The translations under genes and the position numbers were made by a program. 64,000 bases of DNA, from the NCBI RefSeq assembly GCF_009914755.1, contig NC_060939.1; one strand, written 5' to 3'. This DNA comes from the human T2T-CHM13v2.0 reference genome, Homo sapiens. Positions within the stretch are counted from its first letter, which is position 1; each line of letters opens with the position of its first letter. The notes below the pieces were generated by a model, which had not been told where the DNA came from, made no database searches, and was given only the letters and a program-made list of their open reading frames with translations. Below are positions 41,350 through 54,529 of this stretch, one piece after another.

Positions 41350-41860
41350 ATTCGCTCAGTCCCTTCTTCAATCTAAGCAGCCTACCTTTCTTTATTAGCT
41401 CCACATCTGATGTGGTTTGAAGTCCCATCAAAAGCCAGATAGCTGTCCTCTGAACAAACTCTTTCACATACTTTTCTCATTAAATGCTGCATCTGAAAGA
41501 AAATACTCCGCAGAATAGATAGAGCACCTCCCTTTGCATGCTCTACCTTTGTCCATGCAACCAAAGGTCACAGTCAATATTTTGGCAGCTATACACACCA
41601 TGTAATAACTTGCACTCAGGAAATCTCCTAGATCTTTCTATCTATGCTACTGGCTGCTAAGCTATGCTCCCCTAATAGACATATGCAGTTGTATTTTTGA
41701 AACTAAGAAAATATCCATACATTCATTCAGTAATCTAAGATATATTCTTATTGGTGATGGTTCATGGTTCCAGCCTGTCATACATTTGTATCCTAATTCT
41801 GCTATCTTTTCCAATTTCATAGTGGTCTTGTATCTGTTATTGATCAATATTATTTGTGTA

Positions 41861-42030
41861 GTTATTTATTTTTCAGACAGAGTCTCACTCTGTTGCTCAG
41901 GGTGGAGTGCAGTGGCAGGATCACAGCTCACTGAAGCCTTGACCTCTCAGGTCCAAGCAATCTTCCCACCTCAGCCTCCGAAGTGGCTGAGACCACAGGC
42001 ATGCACCACCACGTCTGGCTAATTTTATTA
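41861..42030 (-). mobile_element. Alu right monomer only (FRAM or truncated AluJ)
   Basis: cagagtctcactctgttgctcagggtggagtgcagtgg...ctggctaatttt with no left arm. Confidence 0.85.
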
Positions 42031-43753
42031 TTATTTATTTAACTTACCATCAGCTACTCCCCTCCAAACCACTTTTCTGTATTTCTCTGGACATCCTCCA
42101 GTATGATCAGTATGGGAAAAGTTTCAAGGATGTCATTCAAGTGCTTTGTGCAGTGCCTAGCACATGACAAAACCTTGATGTGACAGCTCTTCCTATGATT
42201 ATCATCAATAAAAATAATTAGTACAAATATATGATACAAATTAAATCTATGACATAAATAACCACGAAACAAGTATCAGTTCTAATAATACAATCATTCA
42301 ATCAATTGTCATTTGCAACTGAAGCTCATCTTCTGCCCTTTCTGCTCTTCACGTAGGCAAAGGAGATCCTCTCCTCCAGCAGGACCCTCAGCTCCCAGAG
42401 GACATCATCTTAGCAGGAGTCTCAGTGCTTTTGGACAATTAGGAATCCTCTTGCAAAATGTCCCTTCCCACTGCCCCCATCTTGGCTTCAGATCTTCTCC
42501 TAAGAGACATTCTTCCTATTGAGGAGGAAGCCACATTCTGAATCAAAGAGAAGGTGGAAGCAGAAGAGAAGAGAAAGAGCCTGCGTCTTCCGCCCAAGCT
42601 CTGCAGCAACTTTTGGAGCCACTGAGCTGAGCCAGGACCTCTGTCTGCTGCTGGCTCCACCCTTTGCCGTGAAGGCATCAAGCAGGTGACACCATGTCCC
42701 TGAGCCTGTCTCAGCGCATCCTGGGACTGGCACAGACTGACACAGCTCCGGTATACAGTCCACGTTTTCTGTTCCTTGGCACAACCCAGAATGAAGATGT
42801 TTAGGTCAGAGTTATTTAGTTTTAATAAAACCCTGTATGTACTGGGATCAAATAACTCATTTTTAACTCCTGAAAATTGGACCAATATTGACAGCTTTTG
42901 CTTAATCCAGAACAGCTCATTGAGAAAGGGGTCAATATCTCTCCCACTAGGAAAAAAAGACAAATTGAACATTCACCAAAATTTCAATATTTCGTTAAAA
43001 TAAATGAGTTTTTAAATACTAAAAACAAAATTCAATGGTTTAAAAAGTCCATTGATGTAGGAAAACCCAAAAGTCACCTAACAAGTAAAACAATCCTCTT
43101 CTGATACATGTCATAAGAACCAGCTAAGACTTCCAACCTCTGGCTAAATGTTAGGGCCTGGAACAGCACATTTTTATAACAAAGTTATAAAATAGATGGG
43201 AACCAGAAATAAGAGAAACAGGCACTAATGAAGGCTGATTTCAAAAAATACCTTATTTGGGCACTCTGGCAGGGGCAGCCAGAGAGTGGAGCTCTCTCAG
43301 ACGGCTGGTCTCCTCGCCTGATTTCCAGAGGTCTCTAAGGCGCTGGGACTGGCAGTCTGGACCTAACTGCAGACTGCAGCCAATGCAGATCCTCCAAGGC
43401 CAGCACCAGCAGCCATACCTGACACACAGGAAGACTTGCAAAAATGCAATGGAAACAGCAGGTGGAAGTTTCCATGTTTTCTGCTATATGCCCCTCTCTC
43501 CTGCTTCAGTCTCCTATCATGAGCCTGCACTAATGAAACCAAGTAATAGGTCATTGTTCTCCTTATACTGTACTACTTCTTCCCCCTTCATCCAAGTTCC
43601 TCCAAACTCCTAGGCTCATTCATTCACCTTTCCGAGCCTCTCTCTTTCTCTCTCTTACTCTTGCTCTATCTCTCATTCTCTTTCATTGAAGTTTTGTTTT
43701 GAAATCCATATTTCATGTTATAGAATTATAAATGAAAACACATTTTAAGAAAG

Positions 43754-43826
43754 AAAGACCTGAGCTTCCTGCTTTACCAAACCCGGTTTTTCCCTAGAAC
43801 TCTTAACTCCATTGATTTTTCCCTTT
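43754..43826 (+). repeat. Copy A of a ~75-bp dispersed imperfect direct repeat
   Basis: aaagacctgagcttcctgctttacc...gtttttccctagaactcttaactcc, matching 45902-45976. Confidence 0.85.
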
Positions 43827-44646
43827 CAGCAGTTACTTCTATAATCTCTAAAGATGTTGTTTGCACAGGTACTGCTATTTCTTGATGTATCTACTTTAGA
43901 CATTATGTATTTCTTTTATGCCCTTGCTTTCATTAAACATAAACTTGGTTTAGTAGGGCTTTTGTCTATTATATTTTGTGCTCTATCTGAGGATGTATTT
44001 GGAGCGACTACAAGTTTTGCTGTTTCTGTCTTCCATTTTTTCCCAAAGAAGTAGCAGATGGAAAGCATAGATATAGGTGCTTCCTCATCTGGGAATCTAT
44101 TAAAGTATGCATCTTCATCCTGAAGTGCTTACCAAACAAATCCTCTCCACTTAAACAGCCATCAGGATCATCCCATTTATTCTGAGGAAGAAAAACTGAG
44201 GAAAACTCCATTTTTCTATTACAGCTATCATAGCTGAGATTGCTTCATTTTTTCCAGTTTTAAGTTCACTTTTCAGCTTTAAGTTCATCTTTCTATGTCC
44301 TCATCTATAAGAGAAAAAAATAGATTACCATGACACTAAGATGCCACAATATTTAAGGTTTCAAAAGAATTAACTTAGATTAATAGGAATTCAAGTAGCA
44401 CAGAGAACAATTTTTAATAGTGCTTGAAATCAAAAGGGGATCCTGATTAACTGTGCATCATTGTGGAAGTTTGTTACTGAGGAGTCGCCACTCACTTTGG
44501 GGCCTACTGTTTATGCCTGACTTGCGGGGACACAGCCCAGAGACAAAACACTCAGAAAAGCAGACAAAGGGCTGCTCATTCTTTAATGTCTCCCGAATCT
44601 TGCTTCCTCCAAGACAGGCACCACATGGCATGAAAACCACTCTTCC

Positions 44647-45165
<519 letters not shown>

Positions 45166-45589
45166 CTATGTATACACTGTGACTCAGCAGCAATTGTGGC
45201 TTTAATGGAGGAAACCACAATCTGTGAGACATATTTGAAAAAAAAGGAAGCAGTTGAATTGGAATGGGGTTATTTTCCTTGGGAAGATGCCTAGCAGAGT
45301 GTTTGACAAATGATTGGCATCCTATGTACGGCTTCTCTCCATATCACTTTTTCTAAGAAGCCTAGTTTTTTTAACTCATGCAAACAAGAATCCCTCATAT
45401 TTTGAATAAGAGGTTGTCTATAAGAGGCCGCCCAAAATTTTGGCATAACAAGCTAAAGTTGAGAACCTCCTAACTTTCAACAACAAATAAATAAAACAGA
45501 GCTAAAAAAAAATCCATCCATTTTGCTTATCTGTTAAATGTTGGAAAAATTTTATGTGCTAAATAAAATTTGATTTTATTTTTTATTTC

Positions 45590-46350
45590 CAAAGCAGTAA
45601 CACTCAATGTTCATGAGGGTTCAGGAAATTTTCTAGAAAATTATTCAGTCTCATAGAACATCAGTGGAAGGGAAATGCTACGGCTTTTCCAAAAAGCGGT
45701 TTGGTGATACGCTTCAAAGGTGCCCAAAATGTGCTTCTCCTTGATCTATAAAATTCCATTGTTCAAATTGTATACTAAAACACGCCAATCGGCTCTATAG
45801 AAAGATTTGTATTCAAAAATGTTTGCTATGGAATTATTCACAGTGATTTCAACAGTAAGAAAAACTATATACATATGCAAATAGGACAAGGAATGTATAA
45901 TAAAGACCTGAGCTTCATGCCTCACTGCAGCCCAGTTTTTCCCCCAGGACTCTTAATTCCCTTCATTTTTTTCTTTTTAATAAAAAAATGAGAAAAAATA
46001 TGTATGTATAATCATTGTTGGATATAACAACAAGGGGTATTTGTGGTGCATCTTTATGATGACACACTCCACAGCCAAAGATGGCATTATGGATATTTTA
46101 TTTAATAAAAAGAATGTTATGGTATATAGTTAAGCAAAGAAGGTCATTTACAAAATAGCATATTTCACATGATTTCTGTTTTGTTAAAAATAACATGCAT
46201 AGTATTTCTAGAACTTCCAAAAGGTAATGCCTTTATAGTAGGATTCAAGACATTCTTCTTTCTCTTTTTGTATAGGTGTATGTTCCAAATCTCCTCTGAT
46301 GAATTTATACAATTTTATTATGAAAATATTACTAAAGAAAAAATAAAAAT
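45590..46350 (+). mobile_element. L1ME (L1ME4-like) 3' region, interrupted at about 45900-46010
   Basis: aattccattgtt...aaaatgtttgctatggaattatt, resuming with ttgtggtgcatc...gttaagcaaagaaggtcatttacaaaatagcatat. Confidence 0.5.
45902..45976 (+). repeat. Copy B of the ~75-bp dispersed repeat
   Basis: aaagacctgagcttcatgcctcac...gtttttcccccaggactcttaattcc. Confidence 0.85.
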
Positions 46351-47321
46351 ATACATAATAACAGCTGATTAAGTCAATGAGAGCCAGTGTAAGTGCTGCA
46401 TGGGGAAACGTCAGTGATAGGAAAAAAAACTAGGGGAAGACAGCTCCTTAGAATTTTGGAATAAAGCCAACAGAGTCCTCTAGTTACAATTATGGCCAAA
46501 TTTTAAAAGCACCTTATTCTTTTCAATCTCTCTTCCTTCCTAGACTGCAGCTGTCTTCAGGCAACCTATGAGTAATTAAAATGCGGCCCATGGACAAGCT
46601 TCCATATTTTGATAAATACATGTTGATAAAGGCAGACAGAGAAATGAATACGTGTTTCTTGTGAAAATAATCCTCTCCAAACATGCTGTACTGCTTCCTT
46701 GTAACTCTGCAGTTGTGGTAGATTGCTAATATACTTTTGATTAAGAACAATATTTGTATCATATATCATCCACTTAAAAGAAAAAAAAAAAAAGCTCTGG
46801 CCCCATAAGACAATCGTATGTAGAAATCTTGGCCTTAGTTCCCTGTGAATTAGACGCCCTGTTCTCCAATACTGGGCAGGAGCCAGTTGTGCTGCAGAAG
46901 TGGAATCAAGCGCAGTGATTTCTAACACATTAGGAATCCCGACACCTCCGAATGAGTTGCTATTCCAGCATAAGCATTGCCTGTGAAATCTGTCTCCAAA
47001 TTATGAAGGTAAAGATGTCTTTGGTATAATGGCTAAGTTAAACTTGAACCAACATGTCCTAAATATGCAGGTTTCCTGAGGGCTGGGGAGGTTTGGGTGC
47101 TGAGAATGGTGAGCAAGAGCATTTTCTTAAAACTGCAGTGGGATATTTCAACAGAAATTTCAGCCATAGCCTGACACCATAAATACCAGCTTCCAACGCG
47201 ATATCTCAGAATGGATGGAACATTTTCAAAAAGTTTGCTAAAAATTGGTCGCAAAATATTTAATACTTCACGTAGATCGTGGACATAAAAGGACCTGGAG
47301 TATTTCTGAATCTGACCACCA

Positions 47322-47504
47322 TAGATTTGGCAGATAAGACACAAAACGTCCAATTCACTTTGAATTTCAGATAAAGAATGATTTTGTTTTAGTATCAGTA
47401 TGTCCCAAATATTGCATGGGACACATTTATACTATTTTTTTCTTATTTATCTGAAATTGAAAAATAATGGGCATGTTTCCCCAACTCCAATCCTGGCAAC
47501 CCTT
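47322..47504. mobile_element. MER53 (palindromic hAT MITE)
   Basis: tttgaatttcagataaa...agtatgtcccaaatattgcatgggacac...tttatctgaaattgaa...ctggcaaccct. Confidence 0.88.
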
Positions 47505-47904
47505 TATCACTACCTCCTGGAGAAAGAGGCTTGAGTAACCCAATGCATATAGCTGAAATGTGAGTCTGGATAGCTTAAATGTGTGTCTCTGTTGTTTGGG
47601 GCCACAGTGCCTAGGCTGGTTTCTCTGATGGCGGAACATGGGAGTGGCTGATGCTATGTGGGCACAGACTTGCACCCCAGAGTTTGTTAGGAGAATGAAT
47701 CCTTGATATTTCCTGTTGTCCAGCTGTGATCCACACAGGATAAAGGTCTAGGCTTGCCTTAGATACATGACAGAGGGTCACCAGGAAAGAAGAGAACTTC
47801 AGTAGAAAGTGGTCGGAAGCAGCGAGGAAGTCACAAGTGATCAGTTGAAGCAGGGGGTTATTAAACCCACCAAGAGAGAACAATTGGTGAGAGGGGCTCA
47901 GAGA

Positions 47905-47944
47905 TGTGTGTGTGTGTGCGTGTGTGTGTCACTGTGTGTGTGTG

Positions 47945-47990
<46 letters not shown>
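47905..47990. repeat. Imperfect (TG)n followed by (AGAT)11
   Basis: (AGAT)11 at 47945-47988, read directly. Confidence 0.93.
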
Positions 47991-47991
<1 letters not shown>

Positions 47992-48094
47992 GGATAATCT
48001 CAGAATAGAATATTTTAAATATATGCCAAGATCAGAGAGTACAGAGCTGGGTGACCAGGTCAGTAACAGTCAGGTAAGAAGTCACCTGTAAAAC

Positions 48095-48248
48095 TAGCCA
48101 GGTGTGGTGGTGTGCACCTGTATTCCCAACTACTCAGGAAGCTGAAAAGTATCCCTTGATCCCAGGAGGTAGAGGCTGCAGTGAGTCACGACTGCACCAG
48201 TGCACACTAGCCTGGGTGACAGAATGAGACCCCAGCTCTTAAAAAAAA
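48095..48248 (+). mobile_element. Alu right monomer (FRAM or truncated AluJ)
   Basis: tagccaggtgtggtgg...gaggctgcagtgag...cctgggtgacagaatgagaccc plus A tail. Confidence 0.85.
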
Positions 48249-49004
48249 CCCACCGGTTTTTCTGTTGGTCTTAATTCTTTTCCTTGCTATGACTCCAATC
48301 CTGTCAGCCTCATAACCATTCTGAGCTACAGGGAGGAGGAAGCACAGAGAATCTCGTGGGATGAGAAGGAAGTCGGCCCGACCTCCCGGCCATCTGTCAG
48401 TGGTCAGCATGAAGTGAGACAGAGATAGAAGAGGAGAGGAATGCTGAAGAAAGAATATTTTCTCATGATTAACAGGACTGGACATTTAAATAATTAAATT
48501 GACGTAGTGCTTTTGTGACTCTAGTGGTTGCAGAAACTAACAGCGATAAGCAAAATCATGGATGAACCACAGATGAACTATGCAGAGTGGATTTAAAGGT
48601 AAATGGGAGACAAAAATACAGTACCCATGAGCCCTGCTTGTTGAAGGTCAAGACTACATTTATTTTTTAAGGTTCGGGTGCATCATAAGAAAACTATGAT
48701 TATTTGAGGATTATATTTTGTCATTATTTTTAATTTAAGGTTTCAACTACAGTAGCCGTGATTTCTTGACTTTTCCTGGATTTGGATGACATAGGTAACA
48801 TACAAAAGAAAAAAATGGTGGCATGATAACATATAAAAGAAAAAATGGCCGCGTGCGTCTCAAATTGGTAAGACTGAGGTCTTTGCTATTGGTTGTAACC
48901 ATTTGTTACTAGAATACATTTCATTTTACTTCAGAAAGGGTTCCCACTATAATCTACACCCAGGAAGTTGAGGAGAAAGGAACCGAATATTATTTGGCCC
49001 CATG

Positions 49005-49120
49005 TAGTGTATGCTTTATCTCGGTTTATCCTCACAATAACTGGTTGAGTCCATTATTCCCAACGGACGGATACAGAAACTGAGGCTGGAGTAGCTTACC
49101 TGGCTAGATTCAAGGTCAGA
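49005..49120 (-). mobile_element. MIR core fragment
   Basis: atcctcacaataac...ccattattccc...cagaaactgaggct. Confidence 0.55.
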
Positions 49121-50354
49121 GTGATCCTCTGAGGGCTCTATCCACCAGTGTTGCCATTATCTGCCACAAGAACAGACGGCCACAGTCTGAGCACCGTTGT
49201 CTTTGACCAGTGGGAAAGACTCCACCTATACATCTCCATCAGCTGTCCTGGGAGGACTGGCCCTCAGAAGCGCTACTGCCTGAAACTCCTCTCCGGCTCC
49301 CTTGGTCCATGTGTTTACTGCACCCCACTCCACCTCAGCCCACAAAGAAGTCCATAAATGGGGTATAGAGTTAGTCTGAGTTCTGAACCCTGAAACTCAA
49401 GAAGGCAGAGTGACAGCAGGACAGCAGCCCAGGACTGACTAGGGCTAACCTACAACCAAGAGTGTGTGGGAGCGGACAAGGCCCAAATGCTGTGCAGCCG
49501 CAGATTGCATGTCTGAGAATGAGGTAGTCGGACTCTATGCTCTCAAAGTCTCTTTCTGCCAGAAAACCCAAGACTTTTCCTCTCCCTAGAGAACTGGAAA
49601 GATCAACTCACATTACAGCAGAAATAACCCAAAACCCAAAACCGAACATCTTTGCCCAGTGACCTTTCTGCAGGGGTCAGGCCAAGAGCAAGACTTCCCT
49701 AGACTCCCTCCTCAGGGCTTCTTAGTGGTCAAGTAAGACCTAGGACACTTTAATTCTTTTTAATTTTTTAATTGAGAAATGCCAAAATAGATTTATAAAA
49801 ATTATAACAAATATTAATAGTTTACATTTAAAAATTAAGTAAAATGATAACATTTCTCATGAACCTTATCAATATATCTGTGACTGTAGGTATGATCTTA
49901 TATGGAAATCACCCCACAAGTCTAAAGTTAAGGCCCCACCTGAATTAGGGACTGTCCTGTACTTGCCTTATGATGGGTCTTGTTCCTGAGGTTCTAACAG
50001 ACACTAAAATATTGAAGTTTATTTCGCCACTTTTCAAAATGAAAATGCCAGCAGTTATCCAGCAGTTTCTTATCCCAAATCATATATCCTAGAGTTGAAA
50101 CATCTGAATTGTCCACAGACGAGACTCTTCCCATCATTAGCCATAATTTGTTCTAGAGAACTGTCAAAGGTATGGCCTCTGGTTTTCACTCCCTCAAGAG
50201 GGATAATTATTCCTGAAATCATTGTGAAATTAAAGTAATGGGTCACAAGAAATATATCAAAGTAAACTCGGAGAGCTGCAGGGAGGTAAAAGTAATAGTA
50301 AGAATTATAAGAACAGCTGTACCAATTGATGTTACTAGTGGCCAGCGAGCATGT

Positions 50355-50545
50355 ATGAAGGTTAACCACATGGACTTTGGAATCAGACAGATTTGAGCTC
50401 AATTCTTACTTGGGAGTTATATGTAAATACTTCCATTTCACTAATGTCCTTTTGTCAATCATGAAGAGTTTTGTCAGGGTTAAAGATAATCTGGCATGGT
50501 GTCTGGTGTCCTGAAAATATGCAACAAATATTAGTCATTGCTATT
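50355..50545 (+). mobile_element. MIR followed by a degenerate trinucleotide low-complexity tail (to about 50635)
   Basis: ggttaaccacatggactttggaatcagacagatttgagctcaaatt...caacaaatattagtcattgctatt. Confidence 0.65.
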
Positions 50546-51258
50546 CTTGCCATTGACAGTATTGGTGGTGGTGGTAGCAGTAGTAATAGAAGGAGTAGGA
50601 GCAGGAAGAGAAGGAGTGGTGGTAGTAATAGTGATGAGAAAATATAAGAAAACCAGTGTCTTCTATCAGCTCATGCCTAAATAAGCACGCAAGAGTCTCA
50701 CACAAAATAATTAGGAATAAAAGAGAGCACACAGAAGGACTATAAGTAGTTGAAGACATTTTAAGACCGATGACAGAGCCTTAAGGGTGAAGAGGAATTG
50801 GTTGAGCACAAAAGAGTTGGGAAGTATACTGAGCATCGGATACTCCTGGCACAAGGAGAGTTTGGAAGATTGGAAGGAGCCCAGGGTGCCTGGTTGAAAC
50901 AGCACCATGGGAAATAAATTCATGAACCAATATCACCCCTTTCCTCAGTGCCAGCTTCAGGACCAGGAACTTAGTGGCCAAGGCAGCAGGGAGCCCCACT
51001 GGCTGCCAGTGATATCTGTTATTATTCATTTATTTGCTCATTCAATAGACATGGGTCTCTAGAATGTGCCAGGCCCTGCAATGTTGCAACCAAGCAGTGA
51101 AAAAAGGCCTCCTGCATTTGCTCCAACACCAGCACTAGTTTAGCATCCACTGAGTTCCTATAAGCTACCCTTGCCTTGAATTTCTCCAATACCCCAGCCA
51201 TCTCAAGTCCTTTGAGGCCTCCTGTTGATGTGGTATTGTCTCAAGCCCTCTACAGCAG

Positions 51259-51654
51259 TGTTATGGGTTAAATTGTACCTTCTCAAAAAGATGTATTGGA
51301 GTCATAGCTCCCAGGATCCCAGAATGTCACCTTATTTAGAGACAGGGCCTTAGCAGATGTAACTAAGTAAAAATGAGGTCATTAGGATGGCTTCCAATCC
51401 AATATAACTATTGCCCTTATAAGGGAAATTTGGACAGAGACATACATAGAGGGAAAACAATATGACAATACACAGTGTAAGGACAGCCCTCTACAAGCCA
51501 AGGAGAGACAGCTGGAACAGACCTCACAGCCCTCAGATCGAACCAGCTTCTCATAATCTTGGACTTCCGGCCTCCAGAACTACGCAACAGATTTTTGTGG
51601 TCCAAGCCACCAGTTTGTGGTACTTTGTAACGGTAGCCCTAGAAAACTAATACA
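51259..51654 (+). mobile_element. MLT1B-like MaLR solo LTR
   Basis: tgttatgggttaaattgt...aaaatgaggtcattagg...aagccaccagtttgtggtactttgt...aaactaataca. Confidence 0.88.
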
Positions 51655-51769
51655 AATGGGAATCTTCCTCTAAAAGACTTATTAAAATATCTGTTTTTAA
51701 TTTTACTTTTAAAGAGCCATCAGAGCTGTGACATTGGTGCAACCACCCTTGGATTTAGCCCGTAAGTTC

Positions 51770-52090
51770 TCTATGTTTCCCCACCTGGAATATTCTTCTG
51801 GTTTCTGACTTCTCAGTGATCTTCTCTTCTTCAAAACCCAAGTCAGACATCACATGCCCTGAGAGACATCCCTGGTTCCCCATATCCCGTAAGAACATTC
51901 CTTTTTCTGCTGTCCTCTGCAGAACTTGTACTCAGCTTCTCTGTTATCTTTTTTTGTTCATAAGTCTTCCTTCTCCACCAGATTAGGGATTTATTGAGAT
52001 CATAGTCTCTTCATCGACTTTGTTCCCCCAACAGAGGAGCTGATACACAGTAGGCACTGACGATGTTGTAACAGCACACATGTAAATGGA
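51770..52090 (+). mobile_element. L2 3' end
   Basis: cctggaatattctt...ccaccagattaggg...ctgatacacagtaggcactga. Confidence 0.55.
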
Positions 52091-52533
52091 TCATTAGCGA
52101 CTGCCGTCACTGTGAGGCAACTGTGACTTCCAGATAGGCATAAATTATAAAAGAATCATTAGGGCTGGAGAAAGAAGCATAAACTCTTGTCAACAAATCC
52201 TTGGACAACAGACCTAGAAAGACACCATCTATCCCTTAACAGGGGTGTAGAGAATAAATAAAAATACGTGCTTCTTGATTTTGTGTTTAATGTGATATTG
52301 TATTAGCAGCCCCTGTCACAGTTGTTTCTGACTGAAATAGGAGGACTCAGAAGTAAAAAAATGTTCCTAGATCACTCAGTGATCATCCCTTTCCTGTGTG
52401 CTTGTGGTGGCCTCTAGAGTCAATTCTTCTTCTGAGTCCATCACCACTAATGCTATTCCCATATCAATCAAAAACTAAAACGTAATAAAAGAATTGCTTT
52501 CTAGGGAGTATAGTTTGACCAAATAAAAATGGG

Positions 52534-52852
52534 GGCTGGGCGTGGTGGCTCACGCCTGTAATCCCAGCACTTTGGGAGGCCAAGGAGGGTGGATCACGAG
52601 GTCAGGAGATCGAGACCATCCTGGCCAACACGGTGAAACCCCGTCTCTACTAAAAATATAAAAAATTAGCCGGGCGTGGTGGTTGAGTACCTGTAGTCCC
52701 AGCTACTCAGGAGGCTGAGGCAGGAGAATGGCGTGAACCCAGAAGTCGGAGGTTGCAGTGAGCTGAGATCGCGCCACTGCACTCTAGCCTGGGCGATGGG
52801 GCAAGACTCCGTCTCAAAAAAAATAAATAAATAAAAATAAATAAATAAATAA
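52534..52852 (+). mobile_element. AluY (or Sc8/Y boundary)
   Basis: Full dimer with (TAAA)n tail. TSD aaataaaaatggg at 52521-52533 and 52853-52865. Confidence 0.95.
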
Positions 52853-52934
52853 AAATAAAAATGGGATAGAAAAGGACAGAGAAAGAGAGAGAACATGAAC
52901 TTTATCTATTCAGAATGACAGATAACCAGGCAGT

Positions 52935-53588
52935 TGTGGTAGAGTGACTTCCAGGTCAGTCAAAGAGCTAAGACAGACTGGTCATTCCGTGAATCATGGG
53001 TTTAAGGTGACCTCCCAAAGGGTCATGCCTTTTTATATTCCTCTTTCCTAGAGTGCAGGTGGAACCTATGACTTGCTTCTATCCAATACGGCAAAGGTGA
53101 AAGAAAAGATGTCATTCCTCAGATTAACTTATGAGATTGTCTGGTGTGTATGGCTGGGGGCAGCAGGGGGTACGCTCTGAGAAGAATAGAGTTGAGAGAG
53201 AAAGATGCTGCTGGTGACCTTGAAGAAGCAAAAAGTCATGTTTTGAACTACGGAGAGGGTCACATGGCAAGAAACCACAGGGTAGTAGGTAGAGACTAGG
53301 AGGCAGGCTCTAGAACCTACGGGCAGTTTTTAGCCTCTAGTCAGTAAAAAGGCAGGGATCTCAGCCATACGAGAAATAGACTCTGCCACCAACCTGGATG
53401 AGCTTGGAAATGAATTCCTCCCTATGAGACTGCAGCCCAGCCATCACCTTGACTGCGACCTTCTGAGACACTGAACAGAGGACACAGCTAAGCTGTATCC
53501 AGATTCATGGCAATTGTGAGATAGTAAATGTGCATTGTTTTGAGCCACGAATTTGGTAGTAAGTTGTTGTGCAGAAATAGAAACTAAT
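52935..53588 (+). mobile_element. MLT1E-like MaLR LTR
   Basis: ggaacctatgacttgcttcta...ttgaagaagcaaaaagtcatgtt...aacctggatgagcttggaa...gtgagatagtaaatgtgcattgttttgagccac...tagaaactaat. Confidence 0.8.
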
Positions 53589-54529
53589 TTGTCATAGTAC
53601 ATGTCAACTCATTCTTGAAATATAGATCTGAAAAGGACAATGATTGGCACCCAAATTGCTAAGAGTAGGATCAACTACAATCACAATCTTTTACAAAGCA
53701 TAATACTAAGAACCTAAAAATCTTTCTTCATTCTATACTAGAAACCAAAACAAAACACAAAATCCTTATCAGTGCTACAGGAAATGATTCAGAACAAAAG
53801 AAATAAACTAGGGGGAAAAAATCACAAAGCTCTGAAAATATTTTGCTGTAAGATCAGGAAAATAAATTTCAAGCTACTTGGCAATCCTAAATATAATTTA
53901 AAAACAAAGTGGCCTCTATAAAGTCAGATTTACGCAATCATGGGAGGCAGAGAAAATAAAAAACGGTTGCAGGAAGAGTAAGCATGCGAACACATAGATA
54001 ACATCCACATCAGAGGCAGTAAAGAGAGGGACTAAGCCTTTTAATTAGCACTTATTTATTATCTTCTCTATAATAGATGCTAGGAAAACACAAAGAGTAA
54101 AACCGAGAAGGTACTTGAACTCATGAAGCTCACTTCCTAATGTGGGGATAGACATTAAGCAAATAAACAAGTAAGTAAATGAAGTAATGATATTTGTGAT
54201 TATTAAAAAAAAAAACACCTTCTGTGATAGAAAATGAAGGTGAAGAGCTACTTTCAACAGGATATTAGGGGAGGATTTATTTAAAAGTAAATACCTTTAC
54301 CTTGCAAGGAGCCAGTCCTGTAAAGAGCCTAGTGAAGAACATCATAGACAGATGGAACAAGGGCAAATGTCCTGTGGCAGAAAGGAGAGTGAGATGGTTT
54401 AGGAACTAACCGAAGCCTTGTTTCTAGAACAGAATGGGACTAAATACTTCAAGGTCTTGTAAGCTAAGAAATGGAGTTTGAATCTAATTCAAAATGTGAT
54501 GGGTGCCCAGATTGTGACTTTGTATAGTA

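Noticed and set aside
42439-42972. 177-aa ORF, the longest in the window
   Set aside because: No recognisable homology and no supporting exon structure.
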